Origin: an uncultured Nitrososphaerota archaeon | Lineage (GTDB): Archaea; Thermoproteota; EX4484-205; JAAOZP01 | NCBI GenBank assembly: GCA_964616835.1 | Contig: CAZTSG010000002.1 | Span: 1,900-65,899, forward strand | Direction of reading: 5' to 3' | DNA: 64,000 nucleotides | Shown here: piece after piece, positions 1 through 8,230 of the stretch | Numbering within the stretch: position 1 is the stretch's first letter | Layout: the number at the start of each line of letters is the position of its first letter | The notes under the pieces: model-generated | Seen by the model: the letters and a program-made list of their open reading frames with translations, nothing else | Database searches by the model: none | Told to the model about the DNA's origin: nothing | Program-made: the position numbers and the translations under genes

Positions 1-1427
1 GCTCTAGCTATTGCTATCCTCTGCCTCTGACCGCCTGAGAGAGTTACACCTCTTTCACCTACTACCGTATCGTATCCATTCGGGAGGCTAATTATGTAGT
101 CGTGTATTCGAGCAATCTTCGCAACCCTCTCGATTTCCTCTAAAGTAGCGTTTGGCTTACCGTATGCAATGTTCTCTCTTATTGAAGTTGGGAAAAGGAA
201 TACGTCTTGATGCACTATGCCGATGTTCTTTCTAAGAGAGCTTATCTTAACATCCCTTATGTCGATCCCGTCTATGAGTATAAGGCCCTCTTGAGGATCG
301 TAGAACCTAGGTATCAGTTTTACTATCGTGCTTTTACCGGAGCCTGTTGCCCCTACTATAGCAACTTTTTCACCAGGTTTCACTTCAAAGCTTAGCCCCT
401 TGAGGATAGGCTGGTCTCCGTATCCAAAAGTCACGTTTTCAAAACGCACTTCTCCCTTAACTTTCTCCAACTCTATCGCGTTAGGCTTTTCCTTAACCTC
501 AGGCTCGGTGTCTAAGACTTCAAATATTCTCCTTGTAGAAATCATCGCCTCCGCGTACCTGGAAAGAACAAAGCCTATTGACATTATGGGCCAGACGAGC
601 ATGCCTAGGTACATGGTGAAAGTAACCAATTGACCCAGAGTTATACCGCTAGCTATTACCTGAATACCTCCGTACCAGTATAATGCTGCAGAGCCTACTC
701 CAACTATTAGTCCTAGCGAGGGCCAAGTTATTGAGCTTAGAAGAGTGATTCTCATCCCTATGTTGTAAATTTCTACGTTTTTTCTATTGAATTTTTTAAA
801 CATCTCGTCTTCAACCCCCAGCGCTTTCAAAACCTTGAACCCGGAGACTCCTTCTTGAATGATTGTGCTCATCCCACTTATTCCAATCCAATTCTTCTCG
901 AACAAAGGTCTTACAAAGCGGTTGAAAAACAGAGACACCAGTAATATGAAGGGAGTTATTGCTAAGGCAACGAGCGCAAGCCTTAGATTGGTTACCAAGA
1001 GTATTCCCGCTACAGTTACAAGCGTGGATAATGAAGCTACGATATTCGGGATTGCAAAGCCAAGCATTCCACCAATGTTCTCAGTGTCTCTAGAAACCCG
1101 GCTTATGATTTGGCCGGCGTCAAACTTGTCGTAAAAACTATAGGACAAGTCCTGCAAATGCTTGTATATGCTAATCCTTATCCTGTAAACAACTTTTTGA
1201 GACATTAATCCACTTAAGTATTCTCTTAGGAATGAAACAGCTCCAGAAGACAGTGTTAAAAGTATTATAGCTGTTGCATAAACCCATAATTCTGAAGAAG
1301 ATTTTACAACAGCCAAGTCCACAACTCTTCCAGCTATCACTGGACCAATAATGTTTAGAAGAGTACCTAGCATAATCAGTATCAAAACTACGCACAATAG
1401 TTTTTTCTCTTGCGCAACATAACTCAT
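1..1427 (-). CDS. ABC transporter, fused permease/ATP-binding exporter (MsbA/MDR-like); 3' end runs off the window
   Basis: Reverse translation from ATG at 1427 gives six TM helices. Revcomp of 1-370 reads ...GATGSGKSTIVKLIPRFYDPQEGLILIDGIDIRDV...LSGGQRQRIAIAR (Walker A, ABC signature LSGGQ). It is not in the ORF table because the stop lies before position 1. Confidence 0.85.
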   Translation of the reverse strand, partial: MSYVAQEKKLLCVVLILIMLGTLLNIIGPVIAGRVVDLAVVKSSSELWVYATAIILLTLSSGAVSFLREYLSGLMSQKVVYRIRISIYKHLQDLSYSFYDKFDAGQIISRVSRDTENIGGMLGFAIPNIVASLSTLVTVAGILLVTNLRLALVALAITPFILLVSLFFNRFVRPLFEKNWIGISGMSTIIQEGVSGFKVLKALGVEDEMFKKFNRKNVEIYNIGMRITLLSSITWPSLGLIVGVGSAALYWYGGIQVIASGITLGQLVTFTMYLGMLVWPIMSIGFVLSRYAEAMISTRRIFEVLDTEPEVKEKPNAIELEKVKGEVRFENVTFGYGDQPILKGLSFEVKPGEKVAIVGATGSGKSTIVKLIPRFYDPQEGLILIDGIDIRDVKISSLRKNIGIVHQDVFLFPTSIRENIAYGKPNATLEEIERVAKIARIHDYIISLPNGYDTVVGERGVTLSGGQRQRIAIAR

Positions 1428-1676
1428 GGTTCTCCGAAAGAGGTGTTTTGAACTATTCGGCATCTGAACAGCAAAAAAGAAGCTGTTTATTTGCTTTATG
1501 CTTTGTGATTCTGTTCCCACAAGTATTAGTTCCGAGATTATCATCAACCGTCATTCCGAAAAGACTCTTCCAAATATATCAAAAAGGATTTATTTTTTAT
1601 GGCGGTTTAATATGCACTCTATCAGCCAAAAACTGGAACATAAACCATCCATATTTTAAACGATTCTGTAAAAAAC

Positions 1677-1716
1677 GTTTTGAAAACATTTTGAAAACAA
1701 TTTTGAAAGAAAACGA
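1677..1716. repeat. Tandem direct repeat TTTTGAAAACA x2 plus degenerate third copy, next to 10-bp palindrome AAAACGTTTT (1671-1680), in the 330-bp AT-rich divergent intergenic region
   Basis: Read directly: cgTTTTGAAAACATTTTGAAAACAaTTTTGAAAgaaaacgattt. The aaacgatt motif also occurs at 1657 and 1711. Confidence 0.5.
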
Positions 1717-1744
1717 TTTATTGTAGAAGAACAACAAGGAAGGC

Positions 1745-1773
1745 GGGGGGAGGGGGGATAGAGGTGGGGGAGG
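1745..1773 (+). other. Polypurine G-tract (GGGGGGAGGGGGGATAGAGGTGGGGGAGG) with embedded SD-like GAGGTG, immediately at the predicted GTG start of the downstream ORF
   Basis: Seen directly. It is the only such G-run in a noncoding position in the window. The other G-runs at 8240 and 40300 encode Pro-rich and Gly-rich linkers. Confidence 0.5.
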
Positions 1774-2474
1774 CCAGCCTCCTCGCTTTGCACAAGAGAT
1801 TCTCCGGATTGGCGTGGGAAGAGGTTGACTTCCCCACCTCCAAACCTGATTTCAAAAGGGATCTTGGATTAATTAATTTCTACATCATTCCAGTGGCGGA
1901 TGGTAATGAAAATATCGTAGTTGGCGACACCACTATTAAAGAAGGGTTTACAGTTTACGTGCATAATTACACTGGTTTTTTCAGGAAACCGGTAGAGAGC
2001 AGGGTTCATGAAGGTAAAAACCCTGTTCCAGTAAAGGTCTGGAGGGTAGTTGACAATCTTACAGGCGACTGGTTAGAGCAGGAATATGTAATCGTCGTAG
2101 TTACTCAAAACTATTTTGGAGCAGAGCTTGTTAGAGTGAAACCGTATAATCCGGTTATGAATATTCAGGTTAGGATCCGGGTTAGCAAGAAAGCGCATGG
2201 TTACGTCTATGGGGAACTGTTAAAGCCTCCAGTTTTACTGCTGGAAAAGCCATATGTGCCGATTAAGAGTGGTGTCGTTGAAGAGGAGGCTAATAGGATT
2301 AAGAGGTATCTCGCCATGCTGGACAACGAGAAGAGGTGGGGTCTAATCTCTAAAGAGGCTTACAATAGGCTTAGGAGAAAGCTCGAATCAGTGCTTTACG
2401 AAATATTATTTGAAGAAGCTGCAAGCAATGGAGAAGGATTGGAGAGGCCCAGTGAAGAAGCTATTCTTCAATAA
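1764..2474 (+). CDS. Hypothetical soluble protein with C-terminal SHOCT-like motif; start codon uncertain (table start is GTG; no in-frame ATG until about residue 130)
   Basis: C-terminus RIKRYLAMLDNEKRWGLISKEAYNRLRRKLESVLYEIL resembles the SHOCT short C-terminal domain. It is paralogous to the C-terminus of the 7130-8002 protein (LLSEEAYDRLKRRFEKILDEL). Confidence 0.5.
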   Translation: MGEASLLALHKRFSGLAWEEVDFPTSKPDFKRDLGLINFYIIPVADGNENIVVGDTTIKEGFTVYVHNYTGFFRKPVESRVHEGKNPVPVKVWRVVDNLTGDWLEQEYVIVVVTQNYFGAELVRVKPYNPVMNIQVRIRVSKKAHGYVYGELLKPPVLLLEKPYVPIKSGVVEEEANRIKRYLAMLDNEKRWGLISKEAYNRLRRKLESVLYEILFEEAASNGEGLERPSEEAILQ

Positions 2475-2532
2475 CAAATTTAGCGAATAAGAGGTCTTTA
2501 GCTGTGTTTGTTAACTTATGATTAAAAGAGGC

Positions 2533-2540
2533 TTAAATAT
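2533..2540 (+). promoter_or_regulatory. Candidate TATA box (TTAAATAT) about 25 nt upstream of the MscS ATG; transcript possibly leaderless or short-leader
   Basis: Position and AT-rich octamer only; no experimental basis. Confidence 0.25.
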
Positions 2541-2563
2541 TTCCTGTGGAAGGGCGTTAACCA

Positions 2564-3553
2564 ATGAAGAAAATAAGAGCAGTAAGTTTGGTGATAGCCT
2601 CCTTGCTACTCCTAGCTTTACTGCTGATTTACAGCAAGGAGGCACTGTCCTTACTTCCAAAAACACCTATTCCAAAAATTGAGGAAGTAGAGCCCATATT
2701 AATTCAGACTCTGCTCGTTGCAGCGGGATTTTACATAGTTTACATAATTCTCGCATACACTATTTCGTCTGCAATAGTTCGCTCCGGGGGGAAACCAGGA
2801 GACGTTAAGATGCTTACAAGTTTTCTCCGTTCAATCATATTTTTCATAGGGGCCTTATTGATCGTAAGCATACTCGCTGGAGGAGGCTGGACTTTCGCAG
2901 CCGCTTTCGGAGCCTTCGGGGGATTATTCCTAGGATGGTCGCTACAGCAACCAGTCACTGGACTGGCAGCATGGTTTTTAATAAACATAAGGCGCCCGTT
3001 TAAAGTAGGCGACCGCATATTTCTACCGGCTTGGGGGCTCGTAGGAGACGTTTTAGACGTGGGCATGATGTATACTACTCTCAACCAGGTCGGTGGAACG
3101 GTTGGAAGCGAAGAACCCTCTGGGAGACGCATTCTAATACCTAATGCAATACTTTTCTCAAACGTCGTAATAAACTATACGAGCGAGGCTAAGACTTCTG
3201 AACCATACATACTGGACGAGGTTATCGTTAGAATAACCTACGACTCAGACTGGGATGAAGCGGAGAGAATACTGCTCAAAGTAGCTAGGGAGGTGACTGG
3301 TGACATAATAAGGGAGACCGGTAAGGAGCCGTATGTAAGGTCCGATATTTACGACTATGGTGTTTATCTAAGATTGAGATACATGACTCGGGCAGTAGAT
3401 AGGCCTGGGATAGCTCATGAGATAAACAAGAGGATATTCAAGGAGTTTCAGAAAAACGATAGGGTGGATTTCGCAATACCCTACATCTATTCTTATAAGA
3501 AGGGGGAGAAGGTCTTTAAAAAACTGGGTGGAAGACTTAAACCTTTAAACTAG
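2564..3553 (+). CDS. mscS: Small-conductance mechanosensitive channel (MscS family)
   Basis: N-terminal TM helices, then PFKVGDRIFLPAWGLVGDVLDVGMMYTTLNQ...RRILIPNAILFSNVVINYT, the canonical MscS beta-domain signature. Confidence 0.85.
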   Translation: MKKIRAVSLVIASLLLLALLLIYSKEALSLLPKTPIPKIEEVEPILIQTLLVAAGFYIVYIILAYTISSAIVRSGGKPGDVKMLTSFLRSIIFFIGALLIVSILAGGGWTFAAAFGAFGGLFLGWSLQQPVTGLAAWFLINIRRPFKVGDRIFLPAWGLVGDVLDVGMMYTTLNQVGGTVGSEEPSGRRILIPNAILFSNVVINYTSEAKTSEPYILDEVIVRITYDSDWDEAERILLKVAREVTGDIIRETGKEPYVRSDIYDYGVYLRLRYMTRAVDRPGIAHEINKRIFKEFQKNDRVDFAIPYIYSYKKGEKVFKKLGGRLKPLN

Positions 3554-3578
3554 GTGCTGTTCACATTAAGAGCAGGGT

Positions 3579-4283
3579 TTGAATTATAGAGAAGCGTTAA
3601 GGAAGAGTGTTCACTTAGTTCTTTCATTGATACTCTTATTGCCATTTATGCTGAGCAGTTTTGGGATAGATGTAGATATTGCGGTCTTCTACTCTATCCT
3701 AAGTATACTCGCCTTGACTTGGAACGCAGTGCAGATTAAAAAGCCCCTTCTACGGAGCGAGGTTAAAAACTTCATGAGGGAAAGCAGGGAGAAGTTTTTC
3801 AAAGAGATTAAAAACTTCCTTCCTTTGAAGAGCCAGGTTACAAGCCACGTTTTGGATAAGATTGATGAGAAGATTAGGGGGATCGAAGAACTCGTGGATA
3901 GCCAGTTGTCAGCCATGGAGAGGGATTATGAGAAGAGAGGGGGATACATAGGTTTAACCTACGGTGTTCTTGGAGTAACAATATCCTACTTTCTTTTCGG
4001 AAAACATGCTTTCTACGGAGTGGTTTCCCTAGCTACTGTTGATCTTCTAGCTACGATAGTAGGAGGCTTAGCGGGAGCCCATAAGCTACCTTTTACCGAC
4101 AAGTCTTTTGAGGGAAGTTTATCCGGAGCAATATTGTTCTTCATAGTCCTTGTCCTAATCGGAGTACTGCCATTGAACGCGCTTATTCTTACTATTGTCG
4201 CCGCGATCGTCGAGGCGTATGCTATCGAAGATAACTTGCTTCTGCCTCTTTTGGTATCCCTCGCGGCAAAACTCATAGTTTAA
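3579..4283 (+). CDS. Polytopic membrane protein, CTP-transferase-1-like (dolichol kinase / CDP-alcohol cytidylyltransferase superfamily) with a 65-aa charged cytoplasmic insert; TTG start in table, alternative ATG about 3651
   Basis: C-terminal DKSFEGSLSGAILFFIV resembles the K-x-(W/F)-EG motif of the CTP_transf_1 family. Function is inferred only from this motif. Confidence 0.4.
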   Translation: MNYREALRKSVHLVLSLILLLPFMLSSFGIDVDIAVFYSILSILALTWNAVQIKKPLLRSEVKNFMRESREKFFKEIKNFLPLKSQVTSHVLDKIDEKIRGIEELVDSQLSAMERDYEKRGGYIGLTYGVLGVTISYFLFGKHAFYGVVSLATVDLLATIVGGLAGAHKLPFTDKSFEGSLSGAILFFIVLVLIGVLPLNALILTIVAAIVEAYAIEDNLLLPLLVSLAAKLIV

Positions 4284-5070
4284 AAATTTCCTTAAACCAT
4301 CCTATTGTAAGCTCTATTACTTTATCCTCCCACTCTCTCCGATTGAAAGTATGGTCCGCACCTTCTATTATGATGATCTTCTTGGGTTCGCCAGCCCTAT
4401 CGTATAACATTCTCGCATGCTCAACCGGGACCACACTGTCTTGAGAACCATGTATTATGAGCATTGGCCTAGGAGAGATTTTTGCACAATCGTCAAGTAT
4501 GTCGTGCCTTAAGGCGTCTTCAAAAAATACCCTCCCAATTCTATAACCGCTTGGAAGGTCTATGTAACCTTTTTCAATCTGGCTTAAATCTACCCCGAAC
4601 GAGTCTCTGAGGCTCGATAAGAGTCTGAGGCATGCCGGTGAAGACCATGTGCAAACCGCCTTTGTAATCGAGTTCTTCGCAGCTGTTAGAATAGAGACTA
4701 CTCCTCCGAGACTCAGACCGACCAGACCGATCTTTTCTCGAGAAACCTCCTTCTTATCCAAGAGGAACTTCAACACAGAATTTAGATCACTAATCTCTGA
4801 AGAGATGCTCATCTCCTCAAACTCTCCGTCGCTTTCTCCAGAACCCCTAAAATCGAACCTTACTGCTACGAAACCCTCCTTACTCATTTTCCTAGCGGCA
4901 CGTACGAATAACCTATGTGCTTCAATCTTATTACCAGTAAAACCGTGTGAGAAGACTACTGCTGGCGCCGGTGTTTCTTCAGGAATATGCATTACAGTGG
5001 ATATTCTCTCCCCCTCGTTCTCTATGAATAAGTGTAGTTCCTCCATGAGTCGGATAGCTAAAGCCTGCAA
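4273..5070 (-). CDS. Alpha/beta-hydrolase fold protein (dienelactone hydrolase / S9 peptidase-like)
   Basis: VVFSHGFTGNK...RFDFRGSGESDG...GLVGLSLGG nucleophile-elbow GxSxG, ...IIHGSQDSVVP...GADHTF catalytic His region. Confidence 0.75.
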   Translation of the reverse strand: MQALAIRLMEELHLFIENEGERISTVMHIPEETPAPAVVFSHGFTGNKIEAHRLFVRAARKMSKEGFVAVRFDFRGSGESDGEFEEMSISSEISDLNSVLKFLLDKKEVSREKIGLVGLSLGGVVSILTAAKNSITKAVCTWSSPACLRLLSSLRDSFGVDLSQIEKGYIDLPSGYRIGRVFFEDALRHDILDDCAKISPRPMLIIHGSQDSVVPVEHARMLYDRAGEPKKIIIIEGADHTFNRREWEDKVIELTIGWFKEIFKL

Positions 5071-5089
5071 TATAAATAGTTGTTTAAAA

Positions 5090-6034
5090 CTACTCGAACT
5101 CTATTGTTGCAGGAGGCTTATCCGTAATGTCGTAGAGCACTCTAGTAACGCCAGGCACTTCCTTCAGTATTTTGTTTCTCAATTTCTCTAAACGATTCCA
5201 GTCTAGTTTAACGTACTTAGCTGACATAGCGTCATCAGACTCGACTATTCTCAGCGCAATAATGTAGCCGTATTTCCTAGACGAGTCTTCGCCCACACCC
5301 GTGGCCCTCCCTTCTAAGAGCACTGGGAAAGCCTGGAAGCACTTGATGTCTGCAAGCTCCTCATCAACTATCAGCGTTGCATTCTTGACTACTGAGAGCT
5401 TCTCCTCGTCAACCTCCCCCAGTATTCTGATGGATAAGCCGGGTCCCGGAAATGGCCTGCGGTTAACTATCTCATCCGGCAGCCCAAGCTCCCTAGCTAC
5501 GAGCCTAACCTGATTCTTATACAGCTCTTTCAGGGGCTCAACTATTTTAAAACCATACTTCTCTAAGGGGTTTATTCCTATTTGCTCCAGAACATTATGC
5601 TGAGTCTTAACTCCGCCGGCGGTCTCAACTATGTCCGCAGCTATAGTGCCTTGCAGGACTACACTCGCCCCTAGTTCTCTCGCAATCTTTGAGAAGGTTC
5701 TGTAGAAAGTTTCTCTGAACGCTTTCCTCTTCTCTTCAGCATCCCTAATACCCTTTAATGATGCTAGGAACTCTTTTTGAACATCATAAACTTTCACGTC
5801 AATACCGATTCCACTGAAGACTTTGCGAACTCTCTCCGCCTCGCCTATTCTCATGAAACCGTCTTCGAGGAATATTGCTTTCAGACCTTCTCCCAACGCT
5901 TTAAAGCCTAATACCGCGGTTACGGAGCTGTCTACGCCGCCGGAGAGAGCAACAATAGCCGTATTGCCTCCCACCTCATTCTTAATAAACGCTATTTTCT
6001 CTTCGATGAATTTTTTGGAATCGAATCGGACCAT
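5090..6034 (-). CDS. guaA: GMP synthase subunit B (ATP pyrophosphatase domain, archaeal split type)
   Basis: PP-loop ALSGGVDSSV; C-terminal dimerisation region; 314 aa as in archaeal GuaAb. Confidence 0.9.
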   Translation of the reverse strand: MVRFDSKKFIEEKIAFIKNEVGGNTAIVALSGGVDSSVTAVLGFKALGEGLKAIFLEDGFMRIGEAERVRKVFSGIGIDVKVYDVQKEFLASLKGIRDAEEKRKAFRETFYRTFSKIARELGASVVLQGTIAADIVETAGGVKTQHNVLEQIGINPLEKYGFKIVEPLKELYKNQVRLVARELGLPDEIVNRRPFPGPGLSIRILGEVDEEKLSVVKNATLIVDEELADIKCFQAFPVLLEGRATGVGEDSSRKYGYIIALRIVESDDAMSAKYVKLDWNRLEKLRNKILKEVPGVTRVLYDITDKPPATIEFE

Positions 6035-6116
6035 GCGTTTCGCTAATGACAGCCTTATTTAAGCCTTTCTAAGTAGGCGATTAATTTATTTTTCATCAAG
6101 TAGTATTTCTGAAAAA

Positions 6117-7112
6117 TCATAGCTTTCTTTCTTCAAAAACCTTTGAGAAACCTATTTTCAAGATAGGTGGCAAACCTATGAAATCTGTTACCGTGTAGAA
6201 GAATCTGAATAACAGCGATATGGATAAGCCTTGAGTAAGGGGGACGCCAAATATTTGGAGCAGGGCTGCTAAAACACCTTCTTGCACACCCAAGCCGGCG
6301 AGCGTAAGCGGCAAATATGTGAAACTTGAAACAAGCGAGTGTATGAAGAGAAATAAGATGGGAGGCAGCTCAACCCCAACCGATAGTGAGAAGAAGTAGA
6401 GAGCCGCCGAGTCAAATATGCATGTTGAAAACATTGCTGAGAATACTGGGATAAGGGATGTCTTCGCCTTAACACCCTCCCTCTGGAAATTCTCAAACCT
6501 AGCTACATAGGGGTCTAAGAACATGCTTAGCCTCTTAAACCTCCTGAGCTTGAACAACAGCTTTCTAGGCTTATCTGACCAGAGCAGTGTTGCGAACGAG
6601 AGCGCACTCGCAGCAAGAATGAGAGCGCTTGCAACTACAATCCACTGAACACCTGAAATCGATTCCACCGGGCCAATAAGGCATATTACCGATAATACTG
6701 CTAAAAGAGCCCTTATGAGAAAATCAGCCATCCCAGACACTATTGTGGCGACGAGACACGCTTCGAAAGGCGTATTGCTGAGAGCACCCATCACGAATGG
6801 TGTTATGAAGTACCCGGCGCGTCCAGGAGTTATGTCGCTAGCCAACTGGCCCGCAAAGTTTGCTTGAAAACAGCTTAGAAAGCCAACCTTATATTTTAGA
6901 GATGACATGATGAAGAAAAAGGATGAAGCTATCATCATGGAGGCGGCAACGATAAGTAGGGACGCTACTATAACATATTTAAGATCTGCCCTAGAAATTA
7001 TTTCGAAAACCCTTTTTGTATCGGCTTGTTGCAGCAGTATTACGATTATCACTATCCCGAGCAATAGTTGGATTATCGTTAAGAAAACCTTCTTAGATAT
7101 CTTCAGATTCAA
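6117..7112 (-). CDS. Flippase-like / lysylphosphatidylglycerol-synthase-TM-like membrane protein (UPF0104-type)
   Basis: About 8 TM helices, N-terminal MNLKISKKVFLTIIQLLLGIVIIV... pattern typical of that family; no catalytic domain. Confidence 0.45.
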   Translation of the reverse strand: MNLKISKKVFLTIIQLLLGIVIIVILLQQADTKRVFEIISRADLKYVIVASLLIVAASMMIASSFFFIMSSLKYKVGFLSCFQANFAGQLASDITPGRAGYFITPFVMGALSNTPFEACLVATIVSGMADFLIRALLAVLSVICLIGPVESISGVQWIVVASALILAASALSFATLLWSDKPRKLLFKLRRFKRLSMFLDPYVARFENFQREGVKAKTSLIPVFSAMFSTCIFDSAALYFFSLSVGVELPPILFLFIHSLVSSFTYLPLTLAGLGVQEGVLAALLQIFGVPLTQGLSISLLFRFFYTVTDFIGLPPILKIGFSKVFEERKL

Positions 7113-7129
7113 CTCAAGGATTTTTCAAG

Positions 7130-8002
7130 TCAACTGCTTTTGACAACCCTCCCCTTTTCCTCATTGAGCTCATCCAGTATTTTTTCAAACCTCCTCTTAA
7201 GCCTGTCATATGCTTCCTCCGACAATAATCCACTATCCCTCTCCTCCTTTATGAGGGCTAAGAAAACTCTAACCCTGGCGATCTCCTCATCTATAACGTT
7301 GACTTCAACAGGTGGAGAAGGGAAGTGGACGACCGGCTGGCGTTGATATTCTTCTTCAGCTTCGGGAAGTGAAAGTGATGAGAAAAGGTCGGTGGGAGGA
7401 GAGATTGATTCCTCTAAGGAGGATTCTGAAGGAGCAGGCTCCTCTGGTCTCGACAAAGGTTGGAACAGTTCAGCAGGAGGAGTGGCTTTTTCAACGGGCT
7501 GTTCGATCGTAGTCTCCACTCTTTGAGAAGCCTTTTTCTGAGAAAGGAAAGAGAGTTTCCCACTCATGAAGGGTTGGAGTTTACCAACTACAATACCTGC
7601 TATGGAAAAACCCCAGACGGCAAAGTAGCCAACATCGTACTGGGGGATGGTGAAGCCTAGTTGGGGAGGAAACATAGACACAGCTGTCGCAACGACCATT
7701 CCAAGTATCCCTATTGCTCCAGAGCGCATAGGGTAGAAGCCGAGTATCCCTGCAACAATAAGGGATGCAAATGAGACTATTAGCATAGCCTCGTAGAGCA
7801 GAAAGTTCATCGGTTGCTGCGTATCAGCCATAATTGTTTCAACTAATTGCCTCACCGTGAGGAAAAAGGTCTTCTCGCTGACTTGGCCAGAAGGCAGTGT
7901 AAAACTGCCGAAAGGAAGTAGGAAAACCGCTAGTAGAATCATCAAGCCGAACACTACGCCAAGGATCCTATCCAGATCCATTTGCACATAATAACCACAC
8001 AT
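7130..8002 (-). CDS. Membrane protein with Pro/Glu/Ser-rich linker and C-terminal SHOCT-like domain
   Basis: Four predicted TM helices, low-complexity PVEKATPPAELFQPLSRPEEPAPSESS..., C-terminus LLSEEAYDRLKRRFEKILDEL (SHOCT-like). Confidence 0.55.
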   Translation of the reverse strand: MCGYYVQMDLDRILGVVFGLMILLAVFLLPFGSFTLPSGQVSEKTFFLTVRQLVETIMADTQQPMNFLLYEAMLIVSFASLIVAGILGFYPMRSGAIGILGMVVATAVSMFPPQLGFTIPQYDVGYFAVWGFSIAGIVVGKLQPFMSGKLSFLSQKKASQRVETTIEQPVEKATPPAELFQPLSRPEEPAPSESSLEESISPPTDLFSSLSLPEAEEEYQRQPVVHFPSPPVEVNVIDEEIARVRVFLALIKEERDSGLLSEEAYDRLKRRFEKILDELNEEKGRVVKSS

Positions 8003-8230
8003 AAGCGTATATTAAGTTTCCTTAGTAAAATATTAACGAACTACTAGAGCCTTAACGCTTTAAAAGCCTTAGTTTTGTGAAAAAGCGTTTAAAGAAACGT
8101 TTCCTTCGTAAAAAGACAGTAACCCTGAAGCCGGAACATGCTGATTACGCATCATTCGAAGAAACAGCCACGAATCCAAGCGAAGAGCATGTTAAAAAGA
8201 GAAAAACGAGGATAAACAGTACTCTATTGC

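Noticed and set aside
207-1134. Plus-strand ORFs 207-395, 328-633, 859-1134
   Set aside because: They lie antisense within the clearly coding ABC exporter gene (minus strand, 1-1427) and have low-complexity, stop-poor shadow composition; no motifs.
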